Part shown: positions 33,578-43,052 of the stretch, piece after piece | Numbering within the stretch: the stretch's first letter is position 1 | How the letters are laid out: the number at the start of each line of letters is the position of its first letter | DNA from: Verrucomicrobiota bacterium | GTDB lineage: Bacteria; Verrucomicrobiota; Verrucomicrobiia; Limisphaerales; DASXHY01 | Reading direction: 5' to 3' | Assembly: GCA_051960355.1 (NCBI GenBank) | Contig: JBQCEJ010000013.1 | Span: forward strand, 1-46,934 | Length of the DNA stretch: 46,934 bases | The notes under the pieces: generated by a model | Database searches by the model: none | What the model saw: only the letters and a program-made list of their open reading frames with translations | Told to the model about the DNA's origin: nothing | Made by a program: the position numbers and the translations under genes

Positions 33578-35250
33578 TGCCTGCCACGGCAACTATCGTC
33601 ATGAACGTGAAACCATTTTCCGTGCTCGCTCTCACGTCATTGGTGTTGGCACTTGCCGCCATCGCCAACACCTCGCAAGCGCAAGACCTCGTTAAGATCC
33701 AAAAGGGAGAAATGGCCGGCTATCTTCTCGTCTCAGGCGAGAAAGCTCCCGAAACCTACAACGCCGGGTTCTCGATGTATGTTGCGGCTTGGCCCTTGTT
33801 GAAACATTACCCGGGACAGCAGTTCCAATCGGGTCTGCCGGGAACCTGGATGTTCGCGCAGTATTCCGGTCAGGCACCGACGAACCTCTATTCCGATGTA
33901 GAGGGCGGGCTTGGTTGGTGGCGCGACACGGAGTATGCCACCGAGACGCCGAAGTTTGTCATGGGCGGGGTGGCGCCGAACTTCATCGAGTGGGCCAACG
34001 GCCCCGGCGCCGGCAAAGGCCGCGACTGGAACAAACCCAAAGGCAAATACGGCATCGCCCAGATTAGTCCCTGGTTGCTGTGGCCGCCGGATGGTTTGAA
34101 CCTCAAGCAAGGCACACGCGGCGAGTTGTTCGGCTACGGTTATCTGCCGCTGCCGTTGACTGCGGCCAAAACCATCACGGCCGGCACAAACATCCCGACC
34201 GGAGACAATTGCTGGACGCTGTTTCTGAACACGGGAAACTTCAAAGGCCCCGTTGCCTTCTTCACTCCGTTCTTCTGGTCCCATGCCGCCGTCGCCGAAC
34301 CGCGCCTGAGCGGAATGCTCTTGGACAGCCGCCCCTCCAATCCAAACCGGGCGTTGCAGATGGAGACTCAGCATATCCCCAGCGCGCAGGCGACGGACGC
34401 AAAAGGTGACACCTACGCGCGCGTCGCGCCAACGTTTTTCCCCAGCGGTCCGAAGGGCGATTCACTGCTCGTGCATCAGGTGACTTCCTACGACAAGCAG
34501 GCGCTCTGGAATTCAGTGAAGGCCTGGTTTGACGGCGGCCCGCAGGCCAGCGGCACGATCAATCCGGAGGGGGCCGTGTTGCATGAATTCAGCGGACGCG
34601 GCGGAGCCACGTGGAGAATTTACACGAACGGGATTGCCAAAGACGAGAAGGTGGCGCTGGCCTGGAACAGCTTCGCGACACCCATTGCTCCGGATCCAAG
34701 GACGTTTGGATATCGATGGAATTCCGAGTGGGTGAAGAAAGCCGACGCTGGCGACGGCGCGCTCGTGATGCTCCCGGAATATTTTCGACTCACGACCAAC
34801 GCCAACAAGAAATCAGTCTGGGTTCCGGTGCGGGCGGAGGATGTCCCGGCTGAAACGGGATTGGCTCAGGTGCGCTTTGATCAGCGGCCCAAGCGGCATC
34901 CGGCAACTTATGTCACTCCCGACGATGCGACGAGCTGTTGGAAAAAGCCCGGACCCAAAGCCGGACCGTTCCAGGCGCAGTTGGGTGATGGAAGCGTCGT
35001 GACCTATTATTGGTATCGCTTCGCCGACCAGCCAGCGTTGCTCAACGCGGACCTCACGGATGAAGAGCGGGAAGCCATGCAGGCGCGGGTTGAGAAAATC
35101 CATCGCCATTGGAAGAAGAACCGAGACTACCTCGCGCCGCCTGCGTTTGGAAAGCTGGCGGAGATTGACCCGGCCTTGATTGTCGCACCACCGCCAGGGT
35201 TGGAGGTCGGTTATGTTCCCATTGCCACGAGGCAGGAAGCTAAAAACTAG
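33577..35250 (+). CDS. Secreted hypothetical protein (~550 aa), no recognisable family
   Basis: The start ATG overlaps the sulfatase stop (TAATG); an alternative start is at 33601. Signal peptide ...LALAAIANTSQAQ. Trp/Gly/Pro-rich globular sequence without repeats. Confidence 0.7.
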   Translation: MPATATIVMNVKPFSVLALTSLVLALAAIANTSQAQDLVKIQKGEMAGYLLVSGEKAPETYNAGFSMYVAAWPLLKHYPGQQFQSGLPGTWMFAQYSGQAPTNLYSDVEGGLGWWRDTEYATETPKFVMGGVAPNFIEWANGPGAGKGRDWNKPKGKYGIAQISPWLLWPPDGLNLKQGTRGELFGYGYLPLPLTAAKTITAGTNIPTGDNCWTLFLNTGNFKGPVAFFTPFFWSHAAVAEPRLSGMLLDSRPSNPNRALQMETQHIPSAQATDAKGDTYARVAPTFFPSGPKGDSLLVHQVTSYDKQALWNSVKAWFDGGPQASGTINPEGAVLHEFSGRGGATWRIYTNGIAKDEKVALAWNSFATPIAPDPRTFGYRWNSEWVKKADAGDGALVMLPEYFRLTTNANKKSVWVPVRAEDVPAETGLAQVRFDQRPKRHPATYVTPDDATSCWKKPGPKAGPFQAQLGDGSVVTYYWYRFADQPALLNADLTDEEREAMQARVEKIHRHWKKNRDYLAPPAFGKLAEIDPALIVAPPPGLEVGYVPIATRQEAKN

Positions 35251-35257
35251 CCCCAGT

Positions 35258-37296
35258 ATGAAACGCAGCATCACATCCGTTCTCATCGCACTGGTCGCAC
35301 TCGTCTCCGCGCAAGCGGCCACGAAGCCGGTGCGCGTCTTCATTCTTGCCGGACAATCCAACATGGAAGGGCACGGCTTCGTTTCCGCCGATCCGAAGCG
35401 CAACGGCGGGAAAGGTTCGCTGGAGTTTGTGGCGAAAGACCCGGACACGGCGCAACACTTCGCGCCGCTTGTCGATGCCACTGGGCAGTGGCGCACGCGC
35501 GACGATGTGTGGATCAGTTACCTCGACCGCCAAGGTCCGCTTACAGTCGGCTACGGCGCGCGCGCGGAGATGATCGGGCCTGAACTCGGCTTTGGCTGGG
35601 TGATGGGCGACGCGCTGGACGAGCCGGTGTTGCTCATCAAATGTGCTTGGGGCGGCAAGAGTCTCGCGGTGGATTTCCGTCCACCCAGTGCAGGCAAGCC
35701 GCCGTATTCGCTGGGCGAAAAGGGCGACGCCGCCATCGCGCAAGATCCTGCCATCATTGGGAAATATTATCGCGACACGCTGGCGCTCACGAAGGCCGCG
35801 CTGGCGAATATCAAGAATCTTGTGCCCGGAAGCGACGGCAGTTATGTGCTCGCGGGCTTTGCCTGGCACCAAGGTTGGAACGACCGTATCAACGACAAGT
35901 TCAACGCGGAATACGAAACCAACATGGCCTGCTTCATCCGTGATATTCGCAAAGACCTTGGCGCGCCGGCGCTGCCGTTTGTGATTGCCGAAACCGGCAT
36001 GACCGGGCCGGAGGAGAAGAACCCGCATGCGCTGTCATTGATGAAAGTGCAGGCCGCTGTGGCGGAGAATCCAGAGTTCAAGGGCAATGTGGCGTTCGTC
36101 GGCACCAGGGCCTTCTGGCGCGCTGAAAATCAGTCACCGACCAGGCAGGGTTACCATTGGAACTCAAATGCCGAAACTTACTATCTCATCGGCGAAGCGA
36201 TGGGCCGCGCGATGAAACAGTTGCTGGATGCGGAAAAAATTGCGCCGCCCACGGCCGCGTCGGACCGTGTTTCCGTCCGGCCTGAACTCGCCGTCACTAC
36301 GATCGGTTTTGGCTCCTGCGCCAAGCAAGAACGGCCCGAGCCCATCTGGAATACTATTAATGCCGAGCACTGCGATGCGTTTGTCCTCCTCGGCGACAAC
36401 ATCTACGCCGACACTTCCGATGCGACCGTGTTCCGACAGAAATACGCCCTGCTGGCGGCTATGCCGGGCTTCGCCAGACCACGCCGCTGTTTGCCACTTG
36501 GGACGATCACGATTACGGCACGAACGACGGCGGTGCGGGCTTCGTCGGCGCGGCGACCGCGCAAAAAGAGTTTTGTGATTTCTTTCAAGTGCCCGCGAAT
36601 TCACCGCTGCGCACCACGCCCGGGGTTTATGACTGCGTGACGCTTGGGCCGATCGGCAAGCGCGTCCAACTCATTCTCCTCGATACGCGAATGTTTCGCT
36701 CGCCGTTGAAAAAAGATTCCGCCAATCCCAAGGTTACCATTCCCAACACCGATCCTGACGCGACCGTGCTTGGCGAAGGGCAGTGGGCTTGGCTCGAGCG
36801 GCGCTTGCGCGAACCGGCGGAAATCCGCGTGGTGGTTTCCAGCATCCAGTTCATCGCGAATGAACACGGCTCGGAGAAGTGGGACAACTTCCCCAAGGAA
36901 CGCGCGCGGTTCATCGAACTTCTCCGCCGCACGCAAGCCAAAGGCGTCGTAGTTATCAGCGGTGATCGCCATATGGCCGAGCTTTCCATGCTCACACCCC
37001 CAGACGGAGTTGCCTATCCGCTCTATGATCTCACCACGAGCGGTCTCAACCTGGAAGTCCCTCCCAAGCCAGCGGCGCAGGAGACCGGACCGACCAAGCC
37101 CAAGGAAGCCGCTCCCAAGAAACCGCAGATCAATCGTTATCGTCTCCACGAGCGTCCCTACACGAGTTCCAACTTTGGCCTCATGCGCATCCAATGGGAC
37201 GACCCGAATCCTTCTCTTCGCCTGGAGGTCTGCGGATTGAAGGGCGAGGTTGTCATTTCCCGCGACATTCCTTTCGTCGAAATTCATCCAAAGTAA
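35258..37296 (+). pseudogene. SASA (sialate O-acetylesterase-like, DUF303) domain fused to a PhoD-like metallophosphatase, interrupted by a frameshift near 36461-36481
   Basis: N-terminal part: signal peptide plus VFILAGQSNMEG, AWHQGWND and the GYHWNS esterase motifs. The same frame continues into the PhoD-like start (IGFGSCAKQ, VLLGDNIYAD). The PhoD continuation (TPLFATWDDHDYGTNDGG ... VVISGDRHMAEL) is in the neighbouring frame (ORF 36589..37296, open back to 36361). The as-is ORF 35180..36640 ends in an Arg/Pro-rich out-of-frame tail. Confidence 0.8.
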
Positions 37297-37329
37297 GGCT
37301 GAATTGCGCCACGCCCGGGAAACCAATTT

Positions 37330-38241
37330 ATGAAGGGGATCAAATGTTTCAGTCTGATGCTGTGCCTCTTTTTGGCCAGCACGGGAGGGCTTTCCGCACA
37401 AGCAGTCCCGGCAATCCCGCCGGCGGATCCATTGAAGCCGGACTACGCTGCCTTGCCGCTCAGAGACTGGGAGAAGCGGTTTGAGTCGTTCAGTTTCATG
37501 GCTTATCAAAAGGACGGGCGTATGCTGCCTTATCGCCTCCACCAGCCTGCCGTTCGGAAAAAGGGTGAAACCTATCCGTTGGTTCTTTTTTTCCACGGCG
37601 CGGGCGAGCGGGGGAGCGATAACCGCGGCCAGTTTGAACGTTTCCGCTGCTTTAATTTCTGGGAGAAATACCCTTGTTTCGTGCTCGCCCCCCAATGCCC
37701 CAAACGCACTGCGGAGGGTGATCAGAAATGGGTCGAGACTTCCTTCGGCGCACCGTCACATACCATGAAGGCAGGCCCCGCTTGGCAGATGAAGCTGGCG
37801 ATGGAACTGCTGGACCAGACGATCAAAAGCCATCCCATCGATCCCAGCCGCATCTACGTTACGGGCCTTTCGATGGGTGGGTTCGCCACCTGGGAAATCC
37901 TCCAGCGTGAACCTCAGAAGTTCGCCGCGGCCACACCCGTATGTGGCGGAGGCGATGTGGCTTTTGCTCCCAAACTGGCGAAATTGCCATTGTGGGTGTT
38001 TCACGGAGAGGTGGATGACGTGGTGATGCCGATTCGTTCCCGTGACCTGATTGCCGCCATCAGGGCGGCGGGCGGTTCTCCGATATACACTGAGTATCCA
38101 GGCGCGGGACACGATGTTTGGGTTAATACATACTCCAATCCGATGATATGGGACTGGTTATTCGCCCAGCGGAAAACGGATATGCCGGGTTCTCAATCGG
38201 TAACTTCACCCATCAAATCAACGCAGAGCCGTGCGCGCTGA
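37330..38241 (+). CDS. Secreted alpha/beta-hydrolase (carboxylesterase / PHB-depolymerase-type esterase)
   Basis: Signal peptide. PLVLFFHGAGERG, the nucleophile elbow GLSMGG, and WVFHGEVDDVV...GAGHDVW. Confidence 0.8.
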   Translation: MKGIKCFSLMLCLFLASTGGLSAQAVPAIPPADPLKPDYAALPLRDWEKRFESFSFMAYQKDGRMLPYRLHQPAVRKKGETYPLVLFFHGAGERGSDNRGQFERFRCFNFWEKYPCFVLAPQCPKRTAEGDQKWVETSFGAPSHTMKAGPAWQMKLAMELLDQTIKSHPIDPSRIYVTGLSMGGFATWEILQREPQKFAAATPVCGGGDVAFAPKLAKLPLWVFHGEVDDVVMPIRSRDLIAAIRAAGGSPIYTEYPGAGHDVWVNTYSNPMIWDWLFAQRKTDMPGSQSVTSPIKSTQSRAR

Positions 38242-38329
38242 CTTGCGCGATGTGAAGTTTTCGGAAATTCGCTGATCTGTGCGGGCCGCAGGCAAGGACT
38301 GGTTTTGCTTTCCGTTTCGTTCGCCTCCA

Positions 38330-38345
38330 TCCCCGCAAGTGGGGA
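38330..38345 (+). promoter_or_regulatory. Palindromic site D (TCCCCgcaagtGGGGA, followed by AT)
   Basis: Exact palindrome 62 nt upstream of the sulfatase ATG at 38408. Flanking CGCC/GGCG could extend the stem. Confidence 0.35.
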
Positions 38346-38407
38346 ATGGCGGAAGGAATAATTTTCATCATCCTGTTCGCATACTGACGCAAACCAATCC
38401 CACCAAA

Positions 38408-40039
38408 ATGAAAGCGTTACGAATAATCATTGCCAGTCTGTTCGCTGTGCTGGCCGCGTGGCCGGCGACCGCTGCCACGCAGGCAACCAGCCAATCCGCC
38501 GTCGCCGAACCCGCGAAACCCAACATCCTTTTCATCTATTCCGACGACCACGCGCAGCACGCCATTTCGGCTTACGGCTCGAAGGTGAACCAAACGCCGA
38601 ATATTGATCGCCTCGCCCGGGAAGGCGTGCGGTTCAAGAATTCCTTTGTCGCCAATTCCATCTGCACCCCAAGCCGGGCCACGTTGCTCACCGGGCAGTA
38701 TTCGCACTTGAACGGAGTGCCGGTCTTTAATCGCTTGGACGGCGCGCGCGACAACGTCGCCAAACACCTGCAAGCCGGCGGCTACCACACCGGCATGATC
38801 GGCAAGTGGCACCTCGGCTCGGATCCCACGGGCTTTGATCGCTGGATTGTCCTTCCCGGCCAGGGCGAGTATTGGAATCCCACTTTCCTGGTTGCCGGTC
38901 ACAAGCTCACCATCGAAGGCCACTGCACCGACATTACCACCGAACTCGGAATCGAATTTCTGAGGACGCGTCCGCTAGACAAGCCTTTCTTTCTCATGCT
39001 GCATCAAAAAGCGCCGCACCGACCCTGGGAGCCCACGGAACGTCACCGCGCCATGTTCCAAGCTAAAGTCATCCCTGAACCCGACACGCTTTGGGATGAT
39101 TACCACACGCGCCCCGCCGCACTGCCCGCGAATCAGCAGACCGTCGCCAAAGACCTCACCCGTCGCGATCTCAAGCTCGCGCCGCCCGCCGGCCTCAAAG
39201 GCCCCGCGCTCAATCAATGGCTCGCAGGCAAGCCCATGGAACTCACCGTGGACGGCAGGACCCTCACCGGCAAGGAACTCGTGAAGTGGAAATACCAGCG
39301 CTACATGCGCGATTACCTTGCTTGCGTGCAGGGCGTGGATGATAGCGTGGGAAAAGTGCTCGACTACCTTGACCAGACTGGTTTGGCGACCAATACCATT
39401 GTCATCTATTCCGCCGACAACGGCTGGTATCTTGGCGACCTTGGCCTTTACGACAAACGTTTCATGTATGAGCCCGGCCTGAATGTCCCGCTTCTGGTTC
39501 GCGGCCCGGGTATCAAGGCGGGCATTGTCCCCACGCAGTTTGTGGCGAACATTGATCTCGCGCCCACCTTCCTCGACCTTGCGGGACTACCCATCCCGGC
39601 TTCGATGCAAGGGCGTTCGCTCGCCCCGTTGCTGCGCGGTGAAGCCCCGGCCGACTGGCGCACGAGTTTTTATTACCGCTACTATCACGACCCTGGACAT
39701 CACAATACCGCTGCGCATTACGGCGTCCGCACGGCCACGCACAAGCTGATTTACTACTGGAAAAAGGACGCCTACGAGCTGTTCGATCTCACCCAGGATC
39801 CCACCGAGCAGCACAACCTGCTCTTCTCCGAGGCTGAGGCCCGGCAGCCCGCTGTGGCGGCAAAGTTCGCCGAACTGAAAGCCGAGATGGCCCGCCTGCA
39901 AAAAGAATTCAAGGACGACGGCCAATACGCCGACGCCGCCACCTGGCCCAAGTCCAGCGCCGATGGTCCCTTCGACGCCTACAAACCGACGGGCAACAAA
40001 ACCATCGCTGAAGCCATCGCTGCTGCCGCCGTCAAATGA
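38408..40039 (+). CDS. Sulfatase (GlcNAc-6-sulfatase-like), Cys-type
   Basis: ORF 38279..40039, trimmed to the ATG at 38408 (signal peptide). ILFIYSDDH, SICTPSRATLLTGQY, GKWHLG, KPFFLMLHQKAPHRPW and YSADNG are present. Confidence 0.9.
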   Translation: MKALRIIIASLFAVLAAWPATAATQATSQSAVAEPAKPNILFIYSDDHAQHAISAYGSKVNQTPNIDRLAREGVRFKNSFVANSICTPSRATLLTGQYSHLNGVPVFNRLDGARDNVAKHLQAGGYHTGMIGKWHLGSDPTGFDRWIVLPGQGEYWNPTFLVAGHKLTIEGHCTDITTELGIEFLRTRPLDKPFFLMLHQKAPHRPWEPTERHRAMFQAKVIPEPDTLWDDYHTRPAALPANQQTVAKDLTRRDLKLAPPAGLKGPALNQWLAGKPMELTVDGRTLTGKELVKWKYQRYMRDYLACVQGVDDSVGKVLDYLDQTGLATNTIVIYSADNGWYLGDLGLYDKRFMYEPGLNVPLLVRGPGIKAGIVPTQFVANIDLAPTFLDLAGLPIPASMQGRSLAPLLRGEAPADWRTSFYYRYYHDPGHHNTAAHYGVRTATHKLIYYWKKDAYELFDLTQDPTEQHNLLFSEAEARQPAVAAKFAELKAEMARLQKEFKDDGQYADAATWPKSSADGPFDAYKPTGNKTIAEAIAAAAVK

Positions 40040-41505
40040 AAAACAACCAGGCCACCAGTATCAACGCGGTGCGAAACGGCGCCCGACTCTGCTTCTGTCT
40101 CCTTTTGATAAGCTTCGCCTGGGTTTCCCTCGCGGCGGAAAAACCCAACATCGTCATCCTCCTCGCTGCTGACATGGGCTATGGTGATCCGCATTGTTTC
40201 AACCCGCACTCGAAGATCGCCACGCCGAACATTGACCGGCTGGCGCGGGAAGGATTGCGGTTCACCGACGCCCATGCACCGGGGCCGCTCTGTCATCCCT
40301 CGCGCTACGGCCTTGTCACCGGACGCTATCCGTTCCGCACGGACATCACCAAATGGCCCGCGCAACCGCTCATTCACAGGGGCCAAATCACCATCGCCTC
40401 CTTGCTGAAAGCACAAGGTTATCAGACGGCGATGGTTGGCAAATGGCATCTCGGCTTTCAGGAAAATGGTTATGACCAACCGCTCACGGGCGGTCCCGTG
40501 GATCATGGGTTTGATACATTTTTTGGAACCCGCGCTTCCACGGATATCGCACCTTACTTCTGGATTCGCGGGAATCGGGCGGTCATGGCGCCCACCGGTC
40601 ATATCGCGGAGCGACACACTGAAGGTTGGACGCCCCATCAGGGCGAGTTTTTGCGCGAAGGTGGCATTGCTCCCGACTACGCGCATACCAACGTGCTGCC
40701 GCGACTGACGGATGAAGCCGTCACATTGGTTCGGTTGCACAAGGGAAAGAGCCAGCCACTGTTGCTCTATCTCGCCTTCACCGCGCCGCACACACCGTGG
40801 CTGCCGACGTCGGAATTTGCCGGGGCAAGTGGCGCGGGAATGTATGGCGACTTTGTGCAGATGGTGGACGCCGAAGTGGGACGCGTGCTGAAGGCGCTGG
40901 ACGAGGCCGGCATGACGGATGACACGCTGCTGATCTTCACCTCGGACAACGGACCGGTGTGGTATCCGGCCGATGTCGCGCGCTTCGGGCACGATGCCGC
41001 AGGTGGCTTACGTGGCATGAAGTCAGATGCGTGGGAAGCTGGGCATCGCATGCCGTTCATCGTGCGCTGGCCGGGCAAGGTGAAAGCCGGGAGCCAAAGC
41101 AAACAAACCATCTGCTTCACCGATCTGCTCGCCACGTTTGCCGACGTTTGCGGCGCAAAGCTTGCCGACGGCGCCGGGCCGGACAGTTTTAGTTTTCTGC
41201 CGGTGTTGCTGGGCCGGCAGCCGGAAGACAAACCCATTCGCGGTCCGATCGTGATGCAGGCAGGCAGCACGGGTGCCATGATGATTCGTTCGGGCGACTG
41301 GAAGCTCATTGACCAGCTCGGCTCCGGCGGCTTCACCAAACCGAGCAAGATTAAGCCGGGGCCGGGCGATCCCGCCGGCCAGCTTTACAATCTGCGCGAC
41401 GATCCTGCCGAAGCGCACAATCGCTATCTCGAACAGCCGGAGACGGTCGCCCGGCTCAAAGCCGAGATGAAAAAAATCGTGGAATCTCCCGTTACTCGCC
41501 AATGA
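40036..41505 (+). CDS. Arylsulfatase-family protein, Cys-type
   Basis: The start overlaps the upstream stop (ATGA). IVILLAADMGYGD, LCHPSRYGLVTGRYPFR, GKWHLG, TSDNGP and HRMPFIVRWPG are present. Confidence 0.9.
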   Translation: MKNNQATSINAVRNGARLCFCLLLISFAWVSLAAEKPNIVILLAADMGYGDPHCFNPHSKIATPNIDRLAREGLRFTDAHAPGPLCHPSRYGLVTGRYPFRTDITKWPAQPLIHRGQITIASLLKAQGYQTAMVGKWHLGFQENGYDQPLTGGPVDHGFDTFFGTRASTDIAPYFWIRGNRAVMAPTGHIAERHTEGWTPHQGEFLREGGIAPDYAHTNVLPRLTDEAVTLVRLHKGKSQPLLLYLAFTAPHTPWLPTSEFAGASGAGMYGDFVQMVDAEVGRVLKALDEAGMTDDTLLIFTSDNGPVWYPADVARFGHDAAGGLRGMKSDAWEAGHRMPFIVRWPGKVKAGSQSKQTICFTDLLATFADVCGAKLADGAGPDSFSFLPVLLGRQPEDKPIRGPIVMQAGSTGAMMIRSGDWKLIDQLGSGGFTKPSKIKPGPGDPAGQLYNLRDDPAEAHNRYLEQPETVARLKAEMKKIVESPVTRQ

Positions 41506-42914
41506 ATACAAACATGAAACTGACCGCGAAATCTTACACGTCACTTTTGCTTGCCCTGTTTTTTCTGTCCGGCAACTGTCTCTGGGCTGGAAAAATAATC
41601 AACCCTTGGAGGGCGACCACGGCGATTGTCAAAGCTGGCGGAAGTTTTGAAGTTTGGTTTGATGCGGACCACGGGCAGAGGGTCAACACGGTCACCTTGC
41701 AGGGGCCATACAACACCGTGACTGACACCAAGACGATTGCCACCCGCAGTTGGGTGTATGACCAAACCTCGTCGAATACTTACAACACCAAAATTTCCAT
41801 CGCGGTGCCAACCGGAGTTCCAGCCGACCGCTACGACTTGATACTGCATACCTCCAGCGGCGATGTGAAATCTCCGCGGTCGGTAAAGGTGGTTAAAGAT
41901 TTCAAGACGGATTATTACATTTTGCACATTTCAGATACGCATGCTTTTCAGCATGGTTATGACAGCACTTTGGAAAAGATTTCCACGATCGTGGACATCG
42001 CCAACATCATTGGCCCGGAGATGGTGTTTGAAACCGGCGACAATCTGTATCGCCCATCGGACGTCAGAATGGGCCAGTATTTTGAAGGCGATCGCTTGAA
42101 AGGCACCAAGGGGTTGAATGATTTCAATGCGCCGGTTTTTATCGCTGCCGGCAATCATGATTATGAAATGGACAAGGACGCCAAGAATGGCGATTACCGG
42201 GCAAAGGCGATCTGGTATAATCACTGGTGGGGCTTGCAGGCTTTTAATTTCACCTACGGAGACGGACGTTTCATGGTCATCAACGACGCCTGGGACGGAT
42301 ACGATCCGTCCTGGCAAATCGCGGAGGCGCTGTCCTGGTTGAATGGAGTTGGCCGGGGCAATTTCCGGCTGGGAGCAGCTCACATTAAGAACCAAGAACT
42401 GGAGCCGTTTCATAAAGGTGCCGGATTTAACATGATTTTGGTCGGACACAACCATCACATTGCCTCGGAAAATCCGGCGCTGTTGGGCCAAGACCCCATT
42501 CAATACGTCGCGAATTCTGTCCGGGATCATTTTGAATTCAATTTATTCCGAGTTGATGGCGCGACCGGAAGCTGTGTTCCGGTAAATGGGGCCACCGCCC
42601 GCGTTGAGGCCCTGCGGAATCCTGCCGACATCAAGAGCCCCGAATTGTATCAACCGAACCTGACTCTGCGCTACCTGCATCCTAATAGCGGGAGTTTCTC
42701 AGCCAATACAGCGACGGTTGAAAACAATTACGATTTTGAGATTTCCCCGGCGCGAATTCGCTTCGTCATGCCCAAGGGTTCGGTCTATGTGGTTTCTGAG
42801 GGAATGATTGAACAAGCATTCGACGGGACTTCATTCCATATTGTGGACGTTAATGTCAACGTGCACCCGCAGAGTAAAGTATCCGTATTGCTATCAGCCC
42901 AGCAACAGAGGTAA
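41502..42914 (+). CDS. Calcineurin-like metallophosphoesterase with an N-terminal beta-sandwich-like extension
   Basis: The start overlaps the upstream stop (ATGA); an alternative start is at 41514. ILHISDTHAF, ETGDNLY, IAAGNHDYE and LVGHNHH are metallophosphoesterase motifs I-IV. Confidence 0.85.
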   Translation: MNTNMKLTAKSYTSLLLALFFLSGNCLWAGKIINPWRATTAIVKAGGSFEVWFDADHGQRVNTVTLQGPYNTVTDTKTIATRSWVYDQTSSNTYNTKISIAVPTGVPADRYDLILHTSSGDVKSPRSVKVVKDFKTDYYILHISDTHAFQHGYDSTLEKISTIVDIANIIGPEMVFETGDNLYRPSDVRMGQYFEGDRLKGTKGLNDFNAPVFIAAGNHDYEMDKDAKNGDYRAKAIWYNHWWGLQAFNFTYGDGRFMVINDAWDGYDPSWQIAEALSWLNGVGRGNFRLGAAHIKNQELEPFHKGAGFNMILVGHNHHIASENPALLGQDPIQYVANSVRDHFEFNLFRVDGATGSCVPVNGATARVEALRNPADIKSPELYQPNLTLRYLHPNSGSFSANTATVENNYDFEISPARIRFVMPKGSVYVVSEGMIEQAFDGTSFHIVDVNVNVHPQSKVSVLLSAQQQR

Positions 42915-43052
42915 AGCCGATCACGCGGAGGAATGGGCACCGGACTGGGACAACCCGTAAACGGCATGTTCGAAGTGGATTGTCTTGCGACTGGGGCCAA
43001 ACCATGGGTTATATAAGGTCCTGACGCCCTTGGAAAACAAGGGTCGCTTCTA

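Noticed and set aside
42927-42940. GGAGGAATGGGCAC upstream of the histidine kinase, similar to GGGGAATAGGCAC
   Set aside because: There is no TCCCC arm and no palindrome. It is noted only as a possible half-site and is not counted among the five copies.
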